Below, piece after piece: positions 10,680 through 22,871 of a stretch of 64,000 bases of DNA. The first letter of the stretch is position 1. Each line of letters starts with the position of its first letter. Source of the stretch: Macrostomum lignano (taxonomy: Eukaryota); NCBI GenBank assembly GCA_002269645.1, contig NIVC01000282.1:434001-498000 (forward strand), in the 5' to 3' direction. The position numbers and the translations under genes were made by a program. The notes beneath the pieces are model-generated. The model searched no databases. It was not told the DNA's origin and saw only the letters and a program-made list of their open reading frames with translations.

Positions 10680-13600
10680 ATGGTGCGGTCTTTGCTAGTG
10701 ACCTAATTACAGTAAAAATGTAACTCAGCCTTGACAAATCAATGTCCGTGTTTACATGCATGTAGACATCCGTGAGAGTGTTCGTTAGCTCAGGGTTCAG
10801 CTTTAATGAGCTTGACTGCCTGCCTGCCTGCCTCATCGCTGCCTGTCTATATTTTATTATTAGAGGCAGGGGTTGTGTGCACCCTGGCGCACTTCAGGCG
10901 ACATTGTCACACAACCGACGAGAGGCATTGCTGCCCATTTCGCCGACTCCCCTGAGCAGGCACACAAGCGCGCGGATACGTAGGCAGTCATACGCACAGG
11001 CACACACTCACAGGAGTGTACAGCGGCCCTAACTTTATTTATCGTTAGGCATGTACACTTCACTGTGCCTTGGGGGTTGGCCTTCAAGGGCGTTAATTGC
11101 ACGAGCAGAGCCAAGCCGAGATGTCAATTCAGCCCCAAAATCAATGCGACTGCACTTGGAATCGAGCCTGGGCCGCTGGCACACCAGAGCGCCGCGCCAG
11201 ACCACTGGGCTACGACAGCCCTCCTTAGCTACACATCGACATGCTGCGAACTCAACCAGTACTACCGTCACCGTTCTATTGCACGTCTCTCTTTTGCTCA
11301 GGAAACCGCAAAATACAGGCTGCAATCCGCAGCAGCAACAACAGCAAAAGCAGCAGCACCAGCAGCAGCATCAACAGCAAAAGCAGCAACAGGTGACGCG
11401 AATTGTTAGCACGATTACGGAACAGGTGAAGGACATCTCCATCATTCAGACGTTGAGTCACAGTGTGCAGCAGCAGCACCAAAAGAAGCAACAAGAGCAG
11501 CAACTGGAGCAGGAGGCGTCTCGGCAGGAGCAGCGGCGGAACTCCGAAGACGTGCAACCGCCGCTGTCTCTGAACGAGACTCTGCGGGACGAGGCTCTGC
11601 GATTCATGCTCACTTCATCTCTGCGCGGCCTGGCGCGGATCCCGAGGGCGCGGGACAACGTCTGGCGCCGGGTCTGGATTGTCACCTTCACCCTCATGCT
11701 GCTGGTGTCGGCCGCCTTCTTCACTGTGCTGATGCAGCGGTACCTCATGTACGAGAGCTTCATGCAGACCATCAGCCTGGTGAGGGACATTCACTTCTGC
11801 TGGCTGCCAACTGTGAAGTAAAAACAATCGCAAATGGCGGAGCCCACTGAGAGGTGCTCTTACTGAGAGCAGCGCTTACTGAGAGGGGCTCTTACTGAGA
11901 GGGGCGCTTACTGAGAGGGGCTCTTACTGAGAGGGACTCTTACTGAGAGGGGCGCTTACTGAGAGCGGTGCTTACTGAGAGCGGCGCTTACTGAGAGCGG
12001 CGCTTACTGAAAGGTGCGCTTACTGAGAGGGGCGCTTACTGAGAGGGGCTCTTACCGAGAGGGGCGCTTACTGAGAGGGGCGCTTACTGAGAGCGGTGCT
12101 TTCTGAGAGCGGCGCTTACTGAGAGCGGCGCTTACTGAGAGGTGCGCTTACTGAGAGGGGCGCTTACTGTGAGGGGCTCTTACTGAGAGGGGCGCTTACT
12201 GAGAGGGGCGCGCGCTTACTAAGAGGTGCGCTTACTGAGAGGTGCGCTTACTGAGAGGTGCGCTTACTGAGAGCGGCGCTTACTGAGAGGTGCGCTTACT
12301 GAGAGCGGCGCTTACTGAGAGATGCGCTTACTAAGCTTACGGGGGCGCTTACTGAGAGGGGCCCGAACTCGAACCCTCCGTCTTTGGCCATTCAGACTGC
12401 TCCCGGCCTGGCCTTCCCGGACGTGACCCTGTGCAATCTGCAGCCTATCCCGCTGAGGCAGCTGCGCCAGCTCGAGCTCGGCCAGCTGCACGCGCACTTC
12501 CGCCTGTCGCCGCACGCCTGGTCGCAGCTGCTGGACAGCCGGCACCAGCAGTTCAACCTCACCGACCAGCTCAGCAGTCACGTGGCCTCGATGCCGGGCT
12601 ACTTCGCCAACCTGCCAGCGAATCTCAGCAACTACTTGGGCTTCGACAGCGGGCAGCTGCTGGTGAAGGAGCTCTGCCACTTCCGCAACACCAAGGGCCG
12701 GATATTCAGCTGCTCGGAGGCTCAGGTGTCCACCGTGCGGGACAGCCGCTACTTCAAGTGCTACAGGATTACCTTCCACGGCGCTCTGGCTGCCGAGGTT
12801 CAGAGCCTGCACGTGCTGGCCTTCTTGGACTATCGGGAGGCCGGGCGCTGCGAGAACTGCATGCTGGAGAGCCTGCAGACCACCGAGCAGGGGCTGGCGG
12901 TGGATGTGCAGGTGCAGGGCTACCAGCCTATGCTGCAGGACTGCCGGGTGAACAAGCTGCAGCCGGGCACCATCAACCACCTGGTCTACAGGTGAGCTGG
13001 ATCCAGTTATCTGCTGACTGACACTATATTGATCACACTGCTGACACAATATTGATCCCACTGCTGACACAGTATTGATCACACTGCTGACACAGTATTG
13101 AGCACACTGCTGACACAGTATTGATCCCACTGCTGACACAGTATTGATCCCACTGCTGACACAGTATTGATCCCACTGCTGACACAGTATTGATCCCACT
13201 GCTGACACAGTATTGATCCCACTGCTGACACAGTATTGATCCCACTGCTGACACAGTATTGAGCACACTGCTGACACAGTATTGATCCCACTGCTGACAC
13301 AGTATTGATCACACTGCTGACACAGTATTGATCCCACTGCTGACACAGTATTGATCACACTGCTGACACAGTATTGATCACACTGCTGACACAGTATTGA
13401 TCACACTGCTGACACAGTATTGAGCACACTGCTGACACAGTATTGATCCCACTGCTGACACAGTATTGATCCCACTGCTGACACAGTATTGATCCCACTG
13501 CTGACACAGTATTGATCCCACTGCTGACACAGTATTGATCCCACTGCTGACACAGTATTGATCCCACTGCTGACACAGTATTGAGCACACTGCTGACACA

Positions 13601-15906
13601 GTATTGATCCCACTGCTGACACAGTATTGATCACACTGCTGACACAGTATTGATCCCACTGCTGACACAGTATTGATCACACTGCTGACACAGTATTGAT
13701 CACACTGCTGACACAGTATTGATCACACTGCTGACACAGTATTGATCCCACTGCTGACACAGTATTGATCCCACTGCTGACACAGTATTGAGCACACTGC
13801 TGACACAGTATTGATTCCACTGCTGACTATTTTGATCCCACAAGAATGATCACACAAGAATGATCACACATAATGATCACACAGGATGATCACACATAAT
13901 GATCACACAGGATGATCACACAGAATGATCACACAAGATTGATCACACAGAATGATCACACAAGATTGATCACACAGAATGATCACACAGGATGATCACA
14001 CAGAATGATCACACAGAATGATCACACAAGATTGATCACACAGAATGATCACACAAGATTGATCACACAGAATGATCACACAGGATGATCACACAGAATG
14101 ATCACACAGGATGATCACACAGAATGATCACACAGGATGATCACACAGAATGATCACACAGGATGATCACACAGAATGATCACACAAGATTGATCACACA
14201 GAATGATCACACAAGATTGATCACACAGAATGATCACACAGGATGATCACACAGAATGATCACACAGGATGATCACACAGAATGATCACACAGGATGATC
14301 ACACAGAATGATCACACAAGATTGATCACACAGAATGATCACACAGGATGATCACACAGAATGATCACACAGGATGATCACACAGAATGATCACACAAGA
14401 TTGATCACACAGAATGATCTCACAATAATGATCTCACAATAATGATCTCACAATAATGATCTCACAAGAATCTGCTACAAGCAGCTGCACCTCCGGCACC
14501 CGCAGGCACAGGAACATCCAGCTGCTGCAGCCGCCATTCGGTCAGTGCGACCCGAACTACCCGAAGTTCGTCAACCTTCGGGTCGGCGAGTCCTCCTCGA
14601 AGCCGTTCCGTCGTGACCCGGACGCCTGCGACAGCTTTAGACTGCAGGAGAGCCTCGCCCAACACTGCGGCTGCCAGAGCAGTCAGCACCAGCAGCTGGC
14701 TGAGCACAGTCACTTGCCCTACTGCGAGAGTCTGGGCAACTCGCAGTGGCTGGCAGGGCTGCTGGCGCCAAACCACAGCCTGCTGACCTGCATGGACCGC
14801 CAGCTGGAGGGCGCGGCTTCAAGCAGCTGCGGTTCGAAGCCGTGCGAGTTCCCGCAGCCGGAGGTGCAGCTGCTCACGGCCAGGTAATGAAGGTTTCATT
14901 CTGCTATGAACTGTGCATGTAAGTTTGCGCTCACACCGGGGTTTCTCAGCGTGCAACTCTGTCTATAAGGTGTTCGCTAGTCTTAAGATGGCTGTGCCTG
15001 TGTATTCATTGTCTGACAGAACAGATTTACGGTTCATTGACTGGATGTGCTTGGGCAAGGGAAGGTGGATAGGCTGGTCGGGGTCACAGAGTGCGAACTA
15101 TACCGGTAGGTGCCCCGAACTGCCTCTCTGCATGTGCATATGCTACACCTCTGTGCCTTTGAGGCTTAGAGGGGACTTTGCCCCATGCATAGAGCCACGA
15201 AACCATGAAAAAGTACATATGTATTGTGATGAATGAGTCTCTTCACTTTTATCGCTACATGCACATGCACTGTACATACTCTATAGATTCAAAGCTACTA
15301 TAAGTAGTTATACAGCCTACATACAGTAAGTATATTGCCGCACACGGATCGCCCCGCAGAGCCTTCCCAACCGGTTCCCTGTTCGACCTGTTCGGCCTCC
15401 TGCTCCGCTCGCCCGGCATCGACCAGTCGCTGCTGCACAGCCGGTTCCCCAGGCTGAGCGAGCTGCACAGCCTGCTGAACCTCACAGCCAACGATAGCAG
15501 CAACAGCAGCCGGTCGGACCTGCTGCCTGACCCGGCCAGCCTCGAGTATCTGCAGTTCCGCCTGGAGTGCGAGGACCTGCGCCACTCCCTGGTGGCATTC
15601 GAGGTCTCCCTGCCCACCCGATCAGTTGAGCTGCTTCGCGAGTCTTCGCTTAGCGACGCCTTCAACCTGGCCAGCTCCATCGGCGGCTCCCTGGCGCTGT
15701 GGAGCGGCTTCACCGTAGTCGGCCTGGTGGAGATTCTCGAGTTCGCTGTGTACTGCTGCAAGGCGGTGCTGGCTAGGAGGCAGTCAGCCTCCGTTGGTGC
15801 GATGGAGCCAAACGATGCGGACCGCAAACAGCAGCTGCGGCAGGTGGCCGACGCCCCAAAGACGGCTGCTGCAGATGCGCAGCTGCAGATTGGCCCAGTG
15901 TATTAA
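10411..15906 (+). CDS. DEG/ENaC (amiloride-sensitive sodium channel family) subunit, about 756 aa
   Basis: Exons 10411-10682, 11302-11779, 12396-12991, 14506-14883, 15360-15906, all phase-consistent GT..AG. TM1 RRVWIVTFTLMLLVSAAFFTVLMQRYL; post-TM1 FPDVTLCN; LQPPFGQC and Cys-rich thumb; TM2 FNLASSIGGSLALWSGFTVVGLVEILEF. Exon 1 is the least certain. Confidence 0.88.
10855..11224 (-). mobile_element. tRNA-derived SINE, family 1, copy 1 (ENaC intron 1)
   Basis: The minus strand starts with A box TAGCCCAGTGG and B box GGCTCGATTCC and ends in an AT-rich tail. A colinear similar copy lies at 42894-43261. Confidence 0.8.
11845..12360. repeat. 16-bp minisatellite CTTACTGAGAGGGGCG in ENaC intron 2
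   Basis: About 30 units. Confidence 0.95.
13022..13830. repeat. 23-bp minisatellite TATTGATCCCACTGCTGACACAG in ENaC intron 3
   Basis: About 35 units. Confidence 0.95.
13845..14465. repeat. 13-bp minisatellite GATCACACAGAAT in ENaC intron 3
   Basis: Abuts the 23-bp array and shares its GATCACAC core. Confidence 0.95.
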
Positions 15907-16114
15907 ATTTAGCAGTTACATGTTTTCATTGCTACTAGCAGTAGGTTAAAAATGTCTGACGAATGGAATTTCTGGCTGATTTAAACACGTATCAAATAAA
16001 TTAGTGTTCAATTGTGTCACTGCAATGATTCACGCTCGAGTTTTACAGTCCGGCTCACCGATTCTCCCTGCAAAATTCCTGTGAAATCACTATGCGAGTC
16101 ATTCTCTCTGCATT

Positions 16115-16495
16115 ACCTCTCTGTGTCACTCTGTCTGCGTCACTCCCTCTCTGTCACTCTACTCTGTCTGCGTCACTCCCTCTCTGTCACTCTACTCTGT
16201 CTGCGTCACTCCCTCTCTGTCACTCTACTCTGTCTGCGTCACTCCCTCTCTGTGTCACTCTGTCTGCGTCACTCCCTCTCTGTGTCACTCTGTCTGCGTC
16301 ACTCCGTCTCTGTGTCACTCTGTCTGCGTCACTCCCTCTCTGTGTCACTCTGTCTGCGTCACTCCCTCTTTGTGTCACTCTGTCTGCGTCACTCCCTCTC
16401 TGTGTCACTCTATCTGCGTCACTCCCTCTCTGTGTCACTCTGTCTGCGTCACTCCCTCTCTGAGTCACTCTGTCTGCGTCACCACCCTCTGTGAC
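16115..16495. repeat. 30-bp minisatellite GTCACTCCCTCTCTGTGTCACTCTGTCTGC between the converging ENaC and DLH 3' ends
   Basis: About 12 units. Confidence 0.93.
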
Positions 16496-16636
16496 TCTGT
16501 ATAAAAAAGCAACAGCAAAAAAGCTACGTACAAAATATTTCATAGAGTTCAAGCCTGTTTCAATGAAGAAGATTTTGTATATTGAAACAGTAAAAAACGA
16601 TGCAGTCTTAAAAATCATCTCTCGGCCCTCGCAGCC

Positions 16637-18269
16637 TCAGGCGTTGTCAATAAAAAACTTGGCCAGCGTGTCGCGAGCGTCCAGGATTTTCTCCATCTGC
16701 TTGGCGTCGTTGCGGTCGCCGCGGGCGGCACAGAATCCGTGCGAGACGCCGTCGTAGCGTCGGTGAACGCAGCGACTGTAGAACGGCTGGTCGCGCAGCT
16801 CCTCCAGCAGCTTCTGCATGTCCGGATCGTCACTGGCCGGCAGCAGGGCGATGGGCATCTGGGCAGGGCGGTTTTTATAAACTAAAGTTGCATGCAGCTG
16901 TGCGGAATTTCATTACTGCATGGTCATTTTTAGTTCGTAAATGCCAGCACCTTTCCTCCATCTGCCCGTCTCTCCTCCCTTCTCCCCTCTCCTCCATCTG
17001 CCCGTCTCTCCTCCTTTCTCCCCTCTCCTCCCTTCTCCCCTCTCCTCCATCTGCCCGTCTCTCCTCCCTTCTCCCCTCTCCTCCATCTGCCCGTCTCTCC
17101 TCCCTTCTCCTCTCTCCTCCCTTCTCCCCTCTCCTCCCTTCTCCCCTCTCCTCCCTTCTCCCCTCTCCTCCCTTCTCCCCTCTCCTCCCTTCTCCTCTCT
17201 CCTCCCTTCTCCCCTCTCCTCCCTTCTCCTCTCTCCTCCCTTCTCCCCTCTCCTCCATCTGCCCGTCTCTCCTCCCTTCTCCCCTCTCCTCCCTTCTCCC
17301 CTCTCCTCCCTTCTCCCCTCTCTCCTCCCTTCTCCCCTCTCCTCCCTTCTCCCCTCTCCTCCCTTCTCCCCTCTCCTCCCTTCTCCCCTCTCCTCCCTTC
17401 TCCCCTCTCCTCCCTTCTCTCCTCTCCCTCTCTCCTTCCTTCTCCCTTTCCCTCCACCTTCTCTGTTCCCCTCTCCCCAGCCACTCACCCGCACAGCCCT
17501 GACAAGGTCAGCCGTTAGAAAGGCCGGATGCGCGGAGGCGGCGCAGGCGAAAGGCGAACCGGCAGCGGCTGCCAGCAGCATGGCCGGCTTGGCGCCCCAG
17601 CAGAAGCCCAGCAGAGCCAGCTTGGCGCTCGGGTCGATTCGCTGCTTCAACAGCGGCACCGTCTGGTCCAGGATTGCCTTCGCGGCCTTGTCAGCGTTGG
17701 CCGTTGTTGACAGCCAGTTGCCGAATTCGGTCTTGTCAGGGGGCGGGAATCTGCGGCCGGATGGGGATTCCAGGTATCATTGTTGTGAGGCGTTGAGGTG
17801 AGATAAACAGGTGATTCTCAAGGTTGAACAGGTGATTCCCAAGGTTGAACAGGTGATTCCCAAGGTTGAACAGGTGATTCCTAAGGTTGAACATGTGATT
17901 CCCAAGGTTGAACAGGTGATTCCCAAGGTTGAACATGTGATTCCCAAGGTTGAACAGGTGATTCCCAAGGTTGAACAGGTGATTCCCAAGGCTCCCAAGA
18001 GCTCCGCACCTGGCCAAGCTCCAGGCCTCTCCGCCGTGGAACAGGTCCGGCATGACCACAGTGGCCTCGGCCTTAGCCGCCAGGTCATCGGCAAACTGGC
18101 GAGTCTGGCCAATGTCCAGCCCAAAGATGTCGTGAATGAGCACCAGACCGCGGCCTTTGCCGCTGCCAGTGATGTAGTTTCTCACTCCGCTGTCGGTGAC
18201 AATGGAGCCGGAGCCGCTGTTCGAGTTGTTGCTAGGGGAACCGCTGGAGCAGCAGACCTCGGTGGCCAT
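16637..18269 (-). CDS. Dienelactone hydrolase family (CMBL-like) alpha/beta hydrolase, about 247 aa
   Basis: Exons 18269-18010, 17750-17489, 16858-16637, phase-consistent. Motifs [15 protein letters not shown], nucleophile GFCWGA, PASDDP and HGFC (Cys-Asp-His triad). Confidence 0.9.
16950..17480. repeat. CT-rich degenerate tandem repeat in DLH intron 2
   Basis: (CTCCTCCCTTCTCCCCT)n-like polypyrimidine array. Confidence 0.9.
17800..17990. repeat. 21-bp minisatellite GGTGATTCCCAAGGTTGAACA in DLH intron 1
   Basis: About 9 units. Confidence 0.95.
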
Positions 18270-18459
18270 CGCGTTGTTCAGGCAGATTTTTCGTGTAAAT
18301 AATAAGACACGCTGAGATACTACTGGCAGTAGTTAACTAGTAGCGACGGCTGGCGCTTTGAAGAGAATTGAAGCTAATATTCGCATGAATGCATGGCCGC
18401 TACATGTACATGGATACAGATGCAAATATCCCTCACTGAGAATCTGATCTGAGAATCTT

Positions 18460-18720
18460 GGAGTGGCCCAGCAACTGAGGACCTGGGAGGCTGGCCCAGC
18501 AACTGAGGATCTGGGAGGCTCGCCTAGCAACTGAGGATCTGGGAGGCTGGCCCAGCAACTGCAAGGATCTGGGAGACTGGCCCAGCAACTGGGGATCTGG
18601 GAGGCTGGCCCAGCAACTGAGGATCTGGGAGGCTGGCCCAGCAGCTGAGGATCTGGGAGGCTGGCCCAGCAACTGAGGATCTGGGAGGCTGGCCCAGCAA
18701 CTGAGGATCTGGGAGGCTGG
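18460..18720. repeat. 28-bp minisatellite TGGCCCAGCAACTGAGGATCTGGGAGGC
   Basis: About 9 units upstream of the DLH ATG. Confidence 0.93.
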
Positions 18721-19024
18721 AGGTGACCCAGATTGAAGATCTGGAAGGCCAGTAGATTAAACAGAATGTCTTCACCAGGGAAAGCAATGCAGACAGCTCA
18801 GTAAGAGAAGAATAAGCGGCTGAATTATCGGGTACTAAATAAACTCAACATATTTTTCATCATATATTTGTAAGATGCAATTTGAACAATTCGAGATACC
18901 AGCAAACAAAAATAGACATGAAAAATTGCATCGGTGAACATCTGTCTAAATAAATAGACAGATTATAAAGTCTGTTTGAGAACTTTTAGGTCTTGGCTAG
19001 GACAATTAACTTAGAATTTTAACG

Positions 19025-19830
19025 TAGGACGAGGGGCTGGTCAGGCTGAATGTACATTATCGGGAACGAGGGGTTGGTCAGGCTGAATGTACATTATCGG
19101 GGACGAGGGGTTGGTCAGGCTGAATGTACATTATCGGGGGCGAGGGGTCGGTCAGGCTGAATGTACATTATCGGGGACGAGGGGTTGGTCAGGCTGAATG
19201 TACATTATCGGGGGCGAGGGGTCGGTTAGGCTGAATGTACATTATCGGGAACGAGGGGTCGATTAGGCTGAATGTACATTATCGGGGACGAGGGGTTGGT
19301 CAGGCTGAATGTACATTATCGGGGACGAGGGGTCGGTTAGGCTGAATGTACATTATCGGGGACGAGGGGTTGGTCAGGCTGAATGTACATTATCGGGGAC
19401 GAGGGGTCGGTTAGGCTGAATGTACATTATCGGGGACGAGGGGTTGGTCAGGCGGGGTTGGTCAGGCTGAATGTACATTATCGGGGACTAGGGGTCGGTT
19501 AGGCTGAATGTACATTATCGGGGACGAGGGGTTGGTCAGGCGGGGTTGGTCAGGCTGAATGTACATTATCGGGGACTAGGGGTCGGTTAGGCTGAATGTA
19601 CATTATCGGGGACGAGGGGTTGGTCAGGCGGGGTTGGTCAGGCTGAATGTACATTATCGGGGACGAGGGGTCGGTTAGGCTGAATGTACATTATCGGGGA
19701 CGAGGGGTTGGTCAGGCGGGGTTGGTCAGGCTGAATGTACATTATCGGGGACGAGGGGTCGGTTAGGCTGAATGTACATTATCGGGGACGAGGGGTCGGT
19801 CAGGCTGAATGTACATTGTCGGGACGAGGC
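19025..19830. repeat. 37-bp minisatellite GGCTGAATGTACATTATCGGGGACGAGGGGTTGGTCA
   Basis: About 20 units between UQCC1 and DLH. Confidence 0.95.
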
Positions 19831-20035
19831 GTTTTTTAAACAGATTTTTCACCTGAAGTATATTTTCTTAGACTGCAAATATTCAAGAATTGAAAAAGTT
19901 GCAATACTTGATCTCACATCATACATTAGCGATTATAAAACACGAAAACAAACTAACAGTACAATTAGAATTTAACTAACTATCCATATACATGGCGAGT
20001 GAACAGTCATGCATATACAATGCTTATTAAACTAG

Positions 20036-22632
20036 CTAGCTACCGCCCTGTTGCTGCCCAGCTCGCTGCACAGTGGACTGCGGCGCCAGAGCGTGCTTCA
20101 GCCGCTGCCTCATCCAGGCCTTGGTCTCGTCTCGGGACGGCTTCGGCACCAACGGCAGAAAGGTTGCTATGCCGTTGTCAACCAGATCGGAGTTGGGCAC
20201 GGTAGACAAATGGCGATAATTGGCTCTCACGTAGCGGACTAGCAGGTTCAGGCCTTCGGCGTCCACGTTGGGCGAGCCGTGGCAAACCTGGGGGGGGGGT
20301 GAGAGCGCAATAGGGAAGCCTTGGGTGCGAACTCAGCTACTGAATAAGACTCAGCTGCTGAATGAGACTCAGCTGCTGAATGAGACTCAGACACTCAATG
20401 AGAATCAACAGCTACTCAATGAGAATCAACAGCTACTCAATGAGAATCAACAGCTACTCAATGAGAATCAACAGCTACTCAATGAGAATCAACAGCTACT
20501 CAATGAGAATCAACAGCTACTCAATGAGAATCAACAGCTACTCAATGAGAATCAACAGCTACTCAATGAGAATCAACAAACTACTCAATGAGAATCAACA
20601 GCTACTCAATGAGAATCAACAGCTACTCAATGAGAATCAACAGCTACTCAATGAGAATCAACAGCTACTCAATGAGAATCAACAGCTACTCAATGAGAAT
20701 CAACAGCTACTCAATGAGAATCAACAGCTACTCAATGAGAATCAACAGCTACTCAATGAGAATCAACAGCTACTCAATGAGAATCAACAGCTACTCAATG
20801 AGAATCAACAAACTACTCAATGAGAATCAACAGCTACTCAATGAGAATCAACAGCTACTCAATGAGAATCAACAAACTACTCAATGAGAATCAACAGCTA
20901 CTCAATGAGAATCAACAGCTACTCAATGAGAATCAACAGCTACTCAATGAGAATCAACAGCTACTCAATGAGAATCAACAGCTACTCAATGAGAATCAAC
21001 AAACTACTCAATGAGAATCAACAAACTACTCAATGAGAATCAACAGCTACTCAATGAGAATCAACAGCTACTCAATGAGAATTAACAGCTACTCAATGAG
21101 AATCAACAGCTACTCAATGAGAATCAACAGCTACTCAATGAGAATCAACAGCTACTCAATGAGAATCAACAGCTACTCAATGAGAATCAACAAACTACTC
21201 AATGAGAATCAACAGCTACTCAATGAGAATCAACAGCTACTCAATGAGAATCAACAAACTACTCAATGAGAATCAACAAACTACTCAATGAGAATCAACA
21301 GCTACTCAATGAGAATCAACAAACTACTCAATGAGAATCAACAAACTACTCAATGAGAATCAACAGCTACTCAATGAGAATCAACAGCTACTCAATGAAA
21401 CCGAGCTCGCTAAAAGTCAGAGCACCCACCTGTTTCCACAGCACCTCAGCCAGAGCCATATCAGTATCTATATAGGCCAGTTTGTACAGAAAGTTGACAT
21501 GCTGAAACTGATTAAACAGCTGCCCGGCAGTTCGAATTTTCATAGACACGGTGGGGAAGTCGTGCAGTCGTTGGCGAATGTCTGCGTGAAACAGGCGGCC
21601 CATGCCGTAGAGCACATAGGTAGTGGGATAGTCGATATCAACCGAACCCTTGGACACGGTCTGCTCGCAGATTGCCCGAAGTCTTTGCATAACAAGCCAA
21701 AGGTGCAGCGAGGTGACGCCATGCCAGGTGGCAAACGAGTCGTCCAGGCCCAGTCTAGCAATCCACTCGCCGCTGTGATCGGGATACTCGGCGCAGACGC
21801 AGTACAAACTTTTGGCCACCTTCAAATATGGATCCCGACGCCAGCCTACAACACAGCGCAGATTGAGCAGCTGCTTCTTGACTAGCTGGGTGAATGGCAG
21901 CGCCTGGTAGACCTTCGTTTTGGGCTTGCTGGCCAGGCCGCGCCGGCAGCCAATCAGATAAGCCGGCGCCGCTGCCGCAGCCAATCTGGGCTGGAGGAAA
22001 ATCCTTGGCGCCGACAGCGGGTAAAAAAGCAATTTTCAATGTACATTGGGGTAAGAGAGTGAGCGGGAGACATTGTACATTCATGAAGTTGATTGTGGGA
22101 AGAGAATGTACATTGGGGTAAGAGAGTGAGCGGGAGACATTGTACATTCATGTCGAAGTTGGTGTTGTGGAGGGAATGTACATTGGGGTAAAAGAGTGAA
22201 CGGGAGACACGTAAAGTCATGAAGTTTGTTGTGGGGAGAATGTACATTGGGGTAAGAGAGTGAGCGGGAGACACTGTACATTCATGAAGTTGATTGTGGG
22301 GAGAGAATGTACATTGGGGTAAGAGAGTGAACGGGAGACACGTAAAGTCATGAATTTTGTTATGGGGAGAATGTACATTGGGGTAAGAGAGTGAGCGGGA
22401 GACACTGCACATTAAGGAGGTTGATATTTTGGAGAATGTACACTGGGATTGGGGTGAGTGAGCGGGAGACACTGTATATCAAGGAGGTTGGTATTTTGGA
22501 GAATGTACATTGGGATTGGGGTGAGTGAGCGGGAGACACTGTATATCAAGGAAGTTGGTTTTAAGATTTACCTATCAACTACTTATAAGCAAGAAGCAAG
22601 AAAAATCAAATAAAAAAATACGTAATTGCCAT
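20036..22632 (-). CDS. UQCC1: Ubiquinol-cytochrome c reductase complex assembly factor 1 (CBP3 homolog), about 278 aa
   Basis: Core exons about 22003-21430 and 20287-20036 (phase 0, CAG|GTGGGT..CCCCAG). LDDSFATWHGVTSLHLWLVMQRL, YIDTDMALAEVLWKQ and LNLLVRYVRANYRHL match CBP3/UQCC1. The start is uncertain: either an 11-nt exon ATGGCAATTAC at 22632-22622 (phase-compatible with the acceptor at 22004), or a spliced-leader-supplied AUG. Confidence 0.82.
20335..21400. repeat. 21-bp minisatellite ACTCAATGAGAATCAACAGCT in UQCC1 intron
   Basis: About 50 units. Confidence 0.96.
22038..22550. repeat. About 65-bp minisatellite (AATGTACATTGGGGTAAGAGAGTGAGCGGGAGACA...) 5' of the UQCC1 main exon
   Basis: About 8 diverging units. 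Confidence 0.9.
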
Positions 22633-22715
22633 CTAAGAACAAAAAGTTTCAGATACACGTAAAATAAGAAACTGAGCGCCTGCAGTGTCAGGCCAAGGAC
22701 AATGTGTACTTTATT
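22633..22715 (-). promoter_or_regulatory. AFG1L poly(A) signal followed by a U-rich putative trans-splice acceptor for UQCC1
   Basis: AATAAA at 22715-22710 (minus), then GTTTCTTATTTTACGTGTATCTGAAACTTTTTGTTCTTAG|ATG with AG at 22634-22633. Confidence 0.5.
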
Positions 22716-22871
22716 TAATCCATTATACACAAAGGCAAACAAGTGAAGCATTGAAGCACCCAGTTTTCGCATTCAACTTGATGACAGAAGAAAAAGTTTT
22801 TCACTGAGCTCAGAGGTAGCAAATCTAGAATCTAATTTAAAGAGGCTAACATTGCATCAATCTTGTATGCC

